A stretch of 64,000 bases of DNA, taken from NCBI GenBank assembly GCA_041581135.1, contig JBFGCM010000007.1, positions 1,963 through 65,962 on the forward strand, in the 5' to 3' direction. This document shows positions 28,781 to 36,914 of this stretch, piece by piece (within the stretch, counting starts at the first letter, position 1; the number at the start of each line of letters is the position of its first letter). This DNA is from Acidimicrobiia bacterium. GTDB taxonomy: Bacteria; Actinomycetota; Acidimicrobiia; Spongiisociales; UBA5794. Under the pieces are notes generated by a model. It was given only the letters and a program-made list of their open reading frames with translations. It made no database searches and was not told where the DNA came from. Made by a program: the position numbers and the translations under genes.

Positions 28781-29793
28781 CCGTGATGACCGCCGGGGGC
28801 GACTGCCCCGGGCTCAACGCCGTCATCCGTGGCGTCGTGGGCAGGGTGGAAGACCGCGGCCAGGGGGGTGTGGTCGGCATCCGCAACGGCTGGGAAGGCC
28901 TCATCGAGAACCAGGTCAAGCGGCTGGACAGAGACGCGGTGCGCGGGATCCTGCAACGGGGTGGCACCATTCTCGGCACGTCCCGACTGGATCCCTACGT
29001 GCACGCCGACGGGCTCCGCAGCATCACGAACACACTCGAGGCTCACCGCATCGACTGCCTGGTGGTGATCGGCGGCGACGGCACGTTGAAGACCGCGCTC
29101 CGCCTCGCCGATGAGGGCCTCAACGTCGTCGGCGTACCCAAGACCATCGACAACGACATCGCCGGCACCGACATCACCTTCGGTTTCGACACAGCGGTCC
29201 AGATCGCCACCGATGCGATCGACCGCATCACCACCACGGCCGAGTCGCACAACCGAGTCATCCTCGTGGAGGTGATGGGGCGCACCAAAGGCTGGATCGC
29301 CACCTACGCGGGGATTGCGGCCGGTGCCGATGCGGTGCTGATCCCGGAGATGGAGTACGACCTCGACGAGATCGCCTCCATCGTCAGTCGGCGCGAGGAT
29401 GCCGGCAGCAATTACTCGGTGATCGTCGTGGCCGAGGGTGTCACTCCCCCTGCCGGCACGGAGCGCACGGTGCGCAAGGACGTCTTCGGATTCGAACGCC
29501 TCGGCGGCGTCGCCTATCAGATCGCACCAGAGATCGAGGAACGGACCGGCTTCGAAACACGGGTGTCGGTCCTGGGACACATCCAGCGGGGCGGTACCCC
29601 CACTGCTTTCGATCGCGTGCTGGCCACGCGGCTGGGCGTCGCCGCGGCGGACTCCGCCCTCGACGGCACCGACCGGGTCATGATGGCGGTGCGCGGCATG
29701 CAGATAGAGGCCATACCCCTCGAGGAGGCGTGCGCGACGGTCCGCGGGGTCGACCCCAAGCTCTACGAGGTGGCGCGCACGTTCTTCAGCTGA
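28768..29793 (+). CDS. pfkA: 6-phosphofructokinase (ATP-type, GGDG)
   Basis: TAGGDCPGLN, GGTILGTSR, GGDGT, PKTIDND, EVMGR, LGHIQRGG; SD GAGGAGG. Confidence 0.96.
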   Translation: MGRIAVMTAGGDCPGLNAVIRGVVGRVEDRGQGGVVGIRNGWEGLIENQVKRLDRDAVRGILQRGGTILGTSRLDPYVHADGLRSITNTLEAHRIDCLVVIGGDGTLKTALRLADEGLNVVGVPKTIDNDIAGTDITFGFDTAVQIATDAIDRITTTAESHNRVILVEVMGRTKGWIATYAGIAAGADAVLIPEMEYDLDEIASIVSRREDAGSNYSVIVVAEGVTPPAGTERTVRKDVFGFERLGGVAYQIAPEIEERTGFETRVSVLGHIQRGGTPTAFDRVLATRLGVAAADSALDGTDRVMMAVRGMQIEAIPLEEACATVRGVDPKLYEVARTFFS

Positions 29794-29805
29794 GCAGGAA
29801 GCCGG

Positions 29806-31221
29806 TCAGACGGCGGCCGCAGCGGTGGCCTCCAGCTCGGCGAACGCCACCTCGATCGATTCGATGAACCGGTCGAGATCGGGAAGCAGGTCCCAGTCGG
29901 CGTTGAACCCCCAGTCGAGGCTTCCGTCGTAGCTGAACAATGCGATGCCGACACCCTGGTTCATCCACAGCGGCACCAGCGGGTAGGTGGCGAGCATCTT
30001 GGACTTGAGCAAGTACAGCGGGAACTGGGGACCGGGGACGTTGGTCACCGTCATGTTGAACGGACGCGCCCCCGTCGCCAGCCGAGCCGCCATCGACACC
30101 ATCGTGATCGGGGCCCCGGAGCTGATCTGCACCAGAGTCGTGGCGCCGAGCGCCTGATTGGTGGTCTTCAGATGGGCGGTCTCGTTCCGCACCACTTCGA
30201 GCCGCTGCACCGGGTCGGGCTCGTCGACCGGAAGATGCATGAGCCACATGGCGACTTGGTTGCCCGAGACCCGGGGACCGCGCTTGCGGGCGACGCTCAC
30301 TGGAGCCATCACCCGGAAGTCGAGACCGGACACGTCGAACTCGCGTACCTCCTTGAAGAAGTGCCGCACGCCGCCGGCCACGGTCGCCAGCACCACGTCA
30401 TTCACGGTACCGCCAAGCGCGTTCTTGATCGCCTTGGCCCGATCCAGCGGCAGGCTCAGCCGACCGAAGCGCCGGTTGGGGCTGATGGGCTGGGTGAACG
30501 GAGTGCGTGACGCCGGGGTCAGCCAGCCCGATGTCAGCGCCTGTGAAGCCGCCTTGGCACGCATCCGCGCCCCCTCCATCAGGCCCTCGGCGCTCTCACT
30601 GAGATGGCGCACGTTGCGCGCGGCGTCGACCACACGCCGTGCGAGGCGGGCGGTCTCGCCCACGATGAGCTCGGCGTCGGACGGTGCCGGTCGCGGTTCG
30701 AAGGGTTCCGGCTCGCTCACCTCGCTGGTCGGCGAGAGGTTGAGCAGCACGGCCATGAGATCGACGCCTGCCATGCCGTCGATCATGCAGTGGTGCACCT
30801 TGGAGATCAGGGCGAAGCCACCGTTGTCGAGCCCCTCGACGATCCACAACTCCCACAGTGGCTTCTGCCGGTCAAGTTGCTGCGACATGATGCGGCCGGC
30901 GAGCCGGTCGAGCTGTTCCGATGTCCCCGGCCGCGGCAGGCTGGTGTGCCGGACGTGGTAGTCGATCGAGAAATGCTCGTCGTCGATCCACACCGGCGCT
31001 CGCTCCACCGGGATGTACGCCAACCGCTGCCGGTACCTGGGCACGAGATGGAGCCTGGCCTCGATGAAGCGGCGAACCAGGTCGATGTCGACGGCCCCAC
31101 TCGCATCCTCGCTGAATGGCTCGAAGAGCGTGATCGCGCCCACGTGCATGTGGGTGGTCCGCGACTCGAGCGCGAGAAACGAACTGTCCAGGAATGAGAG
31201 TCGTTCGTGGTTCGTTGCCAT
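29806..31221 (-). CDS. wax ester synthase / diacylglycerol acyltransferase
   Basis: HHCMIDG (HHxxxDG), PLWE, TVNDVVL, TNVPGP. Confidence 0.94.
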   Translation of the reverse strand: MATNHERLSFLDSSFLALESRTTHMHVGAITLFEPFSEDASGAVDIDLVRRFIEARLHLVPRYRQRLAYIPVERAPVWIDDEHFSIDYHVRHTSLPRPGTSEQLDRLAGRIMSQQLDRQKPLWELWIVEGLDNGGFALISKVHHCMIDGMAGVDLMAVLLNLSPTSEVSEPEPFEPRPAPSDAELIVGETARLARRVVDAARNVRHLSESAEGLMEGARMRAKAASQALTSGWLTPASRTPFTQPISPNRRFGRLSLPLDRAKAIKNALGGTVNDVVLATVAGGVRHFFKEVREFDVSGLDFRVMAPVSVARKRGPRVSGNQVAMWLMHLPVDEPDPVQRLEVVRNETAHLKTTNQALGATTLVQISSGAPITMVSMAARLATGARPFNMTVTNVPGPQFPLYLLKSKMLATYPLVPLWMNQGVGIALFSYDGSLDWGFNADWDLLPDLDRFIESIEVAFAELEATAAAAV

Positions 31222-31278
31222 CTCCACCTCGCCGGTCGACCTCAGCCTAGGTGGATGGGGCAGCTGGAATCCGCGTGG

Positions 31279-32202
31279 TCACTCCACCGCAGGAACGGCG
31301 CCGTGGACCGGAGGGCCGAGGGCGGCGAGCGAGTCCGCCAGATCGCGCGGGAGCGGCGACTGAACCTCGACGTCTGCACCCGCATCCGGGTCGGTGAAGG
31401 CGAGCCGCACGGCGTGAAGCCACACCCGCCCGGGATCACCCGCCAGCGGACCGCGTCCATAGGTCGGGTCGCCGACCAGCGCCGACCCGATGGAGGCGAA
31501 GTGCACACGAATCTGGTGGGTTCGACCGGTATCCAGCCTCACTTCGACCAACGTCGCCCCGTCCCACTCGGCCATGACCGAATAGTGGGTTCGGGCCGGG
31601 CGCCCGGTGCGGGTCACGGCCATCCGAGTGGGGTGGCGTGGATCGCGTCCCACAGGGGCCTCGATCGTGCCGGTGGCCGCGTCGAGGCGACCTCCCACCA
31701 GCGCCAGGTACACCCTGCCGATCGTCCGCCGCTTCAAGGCGGCCTGGAGCGCCGTGAATGCCACCTCGTGCCGCGCCACCAGCATGAGCCCCGAGGTGTC
31801 TCGATCGAGCCGGTGGACGATGCCCCACCGATGCTCTTCGTCCATTGTGTCGTCGAACCGCTCCAGCAGCCCAGCGGCCAGCGTCCCGGCCTGGTTGCCG
31901 GCACCGGGGTGGACGACCACGCCTGCCGGCTTGTCGATCACCCGCACCGCGGTGCTCTCGTAGGCGACGTCGAACGGCACATGCTCCGGTACCACGCTCG
32001 GCTCGGGTTCCGGGAGCGATGCGTGCATCACTTGGCCCGTGTGCACCCGATGCGATGCCGATCGCGGCTCGCCGTCGAGCGCGACGGCGCCCGATTCGAC
32101 CAGCGTACGAGCGACAGCTCGACTCACACCGGCGAGCACGGCGACTGCACGGTCAAGCCGGTGTCCGTCGAGCTCGTCGGGGACCAGATATTCGGCCGTC
32201 AC
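31279..32202 (-). CDS. rluD: RluA/RluD-family pseudouridine synthase
   Basis: N-terminal S4 domain, KPAG.VVHP, HRLDRDTSG, TGRTHQIRVH; lies downstream of lspA. Confidence 0.92.
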   Translation of the reverse strand: MTAEYLVPDELDGHRLDRAVAVLAGVSRAVARTLVESGAVALDGEPRSASHRVHTGQVMHASLPEPEPSVVPEHVPFDVAYESTAVRVIDKPAGVVVHPGAGNQAGTLAAGLLERFDDTMDEEHRWGIVHRLDRDTSGLMLVARHEVAFTALQAALKRRTIGRVYLALVGGRLDAATGTIEAPVGRDPRHPTRMAVTRTGRPARTHYSVMAEWDGATLVEVRLDTGRTHQIRVHFASIGSALVGDPTYGRGPLAGDPGRVWLHAVRLAFTDPDAGADVEVQSPLPRDLADSLAALGPPVHGAVPAVE

Positions 32203-32221
32203 GGGCGACGACGCCCAGCCG

Positions 32222-32698
32222 TCACTGGCGGCGGAACGACGCCAACATGATCGCCACGATGCCGATGCTGATCGCGCTGTCGGCGACATTGAACGTCGGC
32301 CAGAAGTCGAAGTCGATCCAATCGACGACGGCGCCGTCCAGAAAGCCGTCGCCCCGCGTGAACCGATCGATGAGATTCCCCACCGCGCCGCCCATGACCA
32401 ACCCGACGAGCGTCGCATCGAGCCGTGAGGTCACCCCTGGAACCATCCACACCATGGCCACCACGATGGCCATGCCGATGAGCGCCAGCACGACCCCCGA
32501 GTCCTGGAGAATGCTGAAGGCGGCTCCCGTGTTGTGGAACAGCGCCAATCGGAGGAACCCGGGTACGAGCACGATGGGACCGTCGCTCAGCGCGGCAACC
32601 GCCCAGATCTTCGTCACTTGATCGAGAACGACGATCGCGGCTGCGACCGGGAAAGCGATCCGTGACGCGTTCAGCGACTGCTTGCGCAGGACACGCAT
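32222..32698 (-). CDS. lspA: lipoprotein signal peptidase II (start approximate)
   Basis: DQVTK, NTGAAFS, GGAVGNLIDR, VVDWI, FNVAD. Confidence 0.96.
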   Translation of the reverse strand: MRVLRKQSLNASRIAFPVAAAIVVLDQVTKIWAVAALSDGPIVLVPGFLRLALFHNTGAAFSILQDSGVVLALIGMAIVVAMVWMVPGVTSRLDATLVGLVMGGAVGNLIDRFTRGDGFLDGAVVDWIDFDFWPTFNVADSAISIGIVAIMLASFRRQ

Positions 32699-33042
32699 GT
32701 CGTGACGTACGGCAACGCCTCGAGCCTGGCGAGCGGGATGGGCTGACCACAGGCCTCGCAGGTACCGTACGTCCCCGCAGTGACCCGATCCTGGGCCCGG
32801 CGGACCTTGGCGAGCAGGTCTCGAGTGTTGCCCTCCAGCGAGAGCTCCTTCTCCATCTCGAAGGCCAGCGAGCCCCCTTCGGAGGAGTCGGGATCGGCAC
32901 TGTGCTCTGCGGACGTCTCCGACAGCCGTACCTCTTCGCGTTCCTCTTCGAACTGGGCAATGATGTTCTCGAGGCGCACTTGCTCCTCGTCGAGCTTCCC
33001 CGAAAGGCGCTCGATGGTCGATTTCGCCAATTCCCTAGCCAT
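32671..33042 (-). CDS. DksA/TraR-family C4 zinc-finger protein
   Basis: Coiled coil plus GTYGTCEAC..PI...RLEALP....CVSC. Confidence 0.92.
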   Translation of the reverse strand: MARELAKSTIERLSGKLDEEQVRLENIIAQFEEEREEVRLSETSAEHSADPDSSEGGSLAFEMEKELSLEGNTRDLLAKVRRAQDRVTAGTYGTCEACGQPIPLARLEALPYVTTCVSCASSR

Positions 33043-33174
33043 ACCCTCTCCTGCGACTCACCCGCCGCCGCCGAGGGCGGCGCCGTGGTCCGCTCCCTCG
33101 TCCCGGCAGAGCGGCGAGCCGGGGAAGGCTAGCACCGGCGACTCGCAACCCAGACATGCCACCCATGCAGTCGC

Positions 33175-33480
33175 TCAGCCGTTCATGGCAGCAGCGATGC
33201 TCCCAACGATCTCCGACCGTCCGGCATTGCGCACCAGAAAGCGTTTGCGCCGCGAGGTGGCCCCATCCAGGAGTTCCACCGGACGACCCACGATCTCGCC
33301 CAGCAACGCGGCGACGGCCCAGTTGGCCCGGCCCTTCTCGGGTGGAGCCGCGACCCGAACCCGCAATGCGCCGGCGTAGATCCCGGCCAGCTGGGAACGT
33401 TTCGCCCGTGGAACGACCCATACGCGAACGATGACCCCATCGGTTCCACTGTCGATGGCCGTCGCCACGTCGTGCCGCAC
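33175..33480 (-). CDS. DUF167 (YggU) family protein
   Basis: V.PRAKRS, VRVAAPPEKGRAN, GATSRRK; TACGAT-N6-GTG supports a start at 33480. Confidence 0.88.
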   Translation of the reverse strand: MRHDVATAIDSGTDGVIVRVWVVPRAKRSQLAGIYAGALRVRVAAPPEKGRANWAVAALLGEIVGRPVELLDGATSRRKRFLVRNAGRSEIVGSIAAAMNG

Positions 33481-33521
33481 TTGCGGATCGTATCGCTCGA
33501 CGGTCCGGGTAGCATGTGCCC

Positions 33522-33733
33522 ACGGCTGTGACGGGGCCATCACCCCTGAGCCGCGGGAAGAACGCTGGAGGCGCCCGTCGCGACTGGTGCGGGCCTCGAG
33601 TCACTAGAACCCGCCGGAATCGCCCCTCCGACATCGGGCCAATGAAGTGGCCGGTGGACAGCACCGGCAAGCCGGGTGGTACCGCGGGCCGTGGCTCGTC
33701 CCGGGATCAAGACACGACGATCCCGGAGCAACC
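33522..33733 (+). ncRNA. ileS T-box riboswitch (actinobacterial translational type, ultra-short Stem I)
   Basis: Stem I GGGG-CCATCA-CCCC with Ile specifier AUC; AGAAC S-turn elements; T-box AAGCCGGGTGGTACCGCG (33669-33686) with partner CTCGTCCC; sequestrator CCGGGATC/GATCCCGG covering the GGAG SD. Confidence 0.93.
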
Positions 33734-36700
33734 ATGGCCGACAACTCTCCCGCTTCCCGAGGCGACTTCACCCGCGTCGATTCCTCCGTGAACCTCCCCG
33801 GGATCGACTCGCGGATCCTCCAGCACTGGGACGCCATCGGCGCGTTCGAACGGTCCATCGGACAACGGCCTCCCGAGAGCGAGTACACGTTCTACGACGG
33901 ACCGCCGTTCGCCTCCGGCAGTCCACACTACGGGCACCTTCTCGCCGGTGTGCTCAAGGACATCGTGCCCCGCTACTGGGCGATGCGCGGTCATCGCATC
34001 GAGCGGCGCTTCGGCTGGGACACCCACGGCCTCCCAGTGGAGATGGAGGTGCAGGCCGAGCTGGGCGTATCGAGCCCCGCTGAAGTCCGCGAGCTCGGCA
34101 TCGACACGTTCAACGAAGCCTGCCGAGCCAAAGTCGAGGGCACCACGGAGGATTGGGAGCTCGTCACCAGGCGCCTCGGTCGCTGGGTGGATTTCGAGGA
34201 CGACTACAAGACCATGGACGTCGATTTCATGGAGTCGGTGTGGTGGGTCTTCGGTGAGCTCTGGCGCAAGGGCCTCGTCTACCAGGCGTTCAAGGTGCTG
34301 CCGTACTCGTGGGGGGCGACGACGCCACTGTCGAACTTCGAGGCCAACTCGAACTACCAGGATGTCGATGACCCGGCGATCACCATGCGACTCGAGGTGG
34401 TCGGGGACCACGGCCCGGCCCAGGAGGGTGACTGGCTCCTGTTGTGGACCACGACCCCATGGACGTTGCCGGGCAACCTCGCCGTCGCCGTCGGCGAAGA
34501 TCTCGACTACGCCCGCGCTGTCGTCGACGGCCAGGCCTACTGGGTTGCCGCCGCCTTGGTGGAGTCGGTCCTCGGCGACGCCGCCGTGGTGACCGCCACG
34601 GCCACCGGGCGGGAGCTCCTCGGGCTGGAGTACCGGCCCCCGTTCGACTACTTCGGCGAGGAACGCGACCGAGGGGCATTCCGGGTCATCGCCAGCAGCG
34701 ACGTCAACGTCGAGGAGGGCACGGGCCTGGTGCACATGGCGCCCGCCTACGGCGAGGCTGACTTCTTCGCCCTCCAAAACGCCGGGCTCGACGTTCTGGT
34801 CGACCCCATCGACGATGTCGCCCGATTCACCGACGCCGTACCCGACGTCGCCGGCATGTACGTCAAGGACGCCGACGCCGTGCTCATCTCGCTGCTCGCC
34901 GAATCCGGGATGCTGGTCAAGCGCGAGCAGATCCGTCACTCCTACCCGTTCTGCCCGCGTACCGACACGCCGCTGATCTACAAGGCGATCCCCACGTGGT
35001 TCGTGCGTGTGGAGTCGCTCCGGGACCGGATGGTGGAGATCAACAAGACGATCCGCTGGGTACCTGAGTCGGTCGGCACCAAGCGATTCGGCAACTGGCT
35101 CGAAGGGGCCCGCGATTGGGCGATCAGCCGCAACCGCTACTGGGGAAGTTGCATCCCGGTGTGGGAGTGCGACGGGTGCAACGAGCAGGTGTGCGTGACC
35201 TCCCGCGCCGATCTGCACGCTCGGTCAGGAGTGATGGTCGACGACCTGCACAAGCACATCGTCGACAAGGTCACGTTCCCATGCACCGAGTGCGAGGGCA
35301 CGATGACACGGGTGCCGGAGGTGCTGGACTGCTGGTTCGAGTCCGGGTCCATGCCGTACGCCCAGATTCACTACCCCTTCGAGAACGAAGAGCGGTTCGC
35401 CCGTCGGTTCCCGGCCGACTACATCGCCGAGGGCCTCGACCAGACCCGCGGGTGGTTCTACACGCTGGTGGTCCTGTCCACTGCGCTGTTCGACGAGGCA
35501 CCGTTCAAGAACTGCGTCGTGAACGGGATGATCCTCGCCGAGGACGGCCGCAAGATGTCAAAGCGGCTCAAGAACTACCCGGACCCGATCGGAGTGTTCG
35601 ACGAGTTCGGCGCTGACGCGTTGCGGGCGTACCTGATCAACTCACCGCTGGTTCGTGCCGAGCCGCTGCGCTTTTCCGAGCGCGGGGTGAAAGAGGTGGT
35701 GCGTACCGTGCTGCTGCCCTTCTGGAACTCGTACAGCTTCTTCACCACGTATGCCGAAGCCGACGGGCTGAGCCGGGCCGACCTGGCAGGCGCCCCCCAC
35801 CCCTCCGAGCGACACGAGATGGACCGGTGGGTGCTGTCGGTGTTGCAGAGCCTCATTCGCGACATCAACCGGGAGATGGAGGAGTACCGGCTGTATGCGG
35901 TGATCCCTCCGATGCTCGGATTCATCAGCGACCTGACCAACTGGTACATCCGGCGCTCGCGCCGGCGGTTCTGGAGTCAACGAGCCGTCGGCGAGGACGT
36001 CGACAAGCTGGCAGCGTTCGCCACCCTCTACGAGGTGCTGACCACGTTCTCTGCGGTGGCGGCCCCCGTGCTCCCGTTCATGACCGACGAGATCTACCTC
36101 GGTCTCACCGGGGACGCGAGCGGAAGCGTCCACCTTGTGGACTACCCACTCGCCGACGAGTCGCTGGTCGACCAGGAGCTGGAGGCGGTGATGGCGCACG
36201 TGCGCACCGTGGTGAACCTGGGGCGGGCGCTGCGCAAGCAACACGAGCTGAAAGTCCGTCAGCCGCTCGCCACGCTCACCGTCGTGAGCCGGGACGACTC
36301 CGTGGCCGCCGCAGTGGCCTCACACGCCGATCTGATCGCCGAAGAGCTCAATGTGAAGTCCGTCGAGACGAGCGCTGACGAGTCCGGACTCGTGATGCTC
36401 TCGGCCAAGCCCGACTTCAGCGTGCTCGGTCCCCGCTTCGGCAAGCGCGTCGGTGAGGTGGCGGCAGCCGTTGCCGCATGGGACACGGCCCGATTGAGTG
36501 CGGTGCTGGATGGCGAACCCGGCGCGCTCCCCGACGACCTCGGTACGGTGGTCGCCGCCGACCTCGTCATCGAGCGGACTCCGCTGCCCGGAGTGGTGGT
36601 CGCCAGCGAAGGCGCCGTCTCGGTGGCGCTCGACACGGAGCTGACGTCCGAGCTGACGACCGAGGGTACGGCTCGCGAGCTGATCAGCAGGATTCAGGGG

Positions 36701-36907
36701 TTGCGACGTGATCTCGGTCTCGACGTGAGCGATCGCATCACGTTGGCCTGGTGGAGCGAATCCGACGAGATAGCCGCCGCCATGGCGACACACGGCGACC
36801 TCATCGCCTCCGAGGTGCTGGCCCGCGCCATCGAGCGCTCGGCCCAGCCGGTGGGTTCGGACGCGGACGTCAACGGCCGGCGCGTCACCATCGAAGTGCG
36901 TTCCTGA
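33734..36907 (+). CDS. ileS: isoleucine--tRNA ligase (type 2)
   Basis: FYDGPPFASGSPHYGH, GWDTHGLP, WTTTPWT, DWAISRNRYWG, EGLDQTRGWF, KMSKR; Ile T-box upstream. Confidence 0.97.
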   Translation: MADNSPASRGDFTRVDSSVNLPGIDSRILQHWDAIGAFERSIGQRPPESEYTFYDGPPFASGSPHYGHLLAGVLKDIVPRYWAMRGHRIERRFGWDTHGLPVEMEVQAELGVSSPAEVRELGIDTFNEACRAKVEGTTEDWELVTRRLGRWVDFEDDYKTMDVDFMESVWWVFGELWRKGLVYQAFKVLPYSWGATTPLSNFEANSNYQDVDDPAITMRLEVVGDHGPAQEGDWLLLWTTTPWTLPGNLAVAVGEDLDYARAVVDGQAYWVAAALVESVLGDAAVVTATATGRELLGLEYRPPFDYFGEERDRGAFRVIASSDVNVEEGTGLVHMAPAYGEADFFALQNAGLDVLVDPIDDVARFTDAVPDVAGMYVKDADAVLISLLAESGMLVKREQIRHSYPFCPRTDTPLIYKAIPTWFVRVESLRDRMVEINKTIRWVPESVGTKRFGNWLEGARDWAISRNRYWGSCIPVWECDGCNEQVCVTSRADLHARSGVMVDDLHKHIVDKVTFPCTECEGTMTRVPEVLDCWFESGSMPYAQIHYPFENEERFARRFPADYIAEGLDQTRGWFYTLVVLSTALFDEAPFKNCVVNGMILAEDGRKMSKRLKNYPDPIGVFDEFGADALRAYLINSPLVRAEPLRFSERGVKEVVRTVLLPFWNSYSFFTTYAEADGLSRADLAGAPHPSERHEMDRWVLSVLQSLIRDINREMEEYRLYAVIPPMLGFISDLTNWYIRRSRRRFWSQRAVGEDVDKLAAFATLYEVLTTFSAVAAPVLPFMTDEIYLGLTGDASGSVHLVDYPLADESLVDQELEAVMAHVRTVVNLGRALRKQHELKVRQPLATLTVVSRDDSVAAAVASHADLIAEELNVKSVETSADESGLVMLSAKPDFSVLGPRFGKRVGEVAAAVAAWDTARLSAVLDGEPGALPDDLGTVVAADLVIERTPLPGVVVASEGAVSVALDTELTSELTTEGTARELISRIQGLRRDLGLDVSDRITLAWWSESDEIAAAMATHGDLIASEVLARAIERSAQPVGSDADVNGRRVTIEVRS

Positions 36908-36914
36908 CCGCCGG

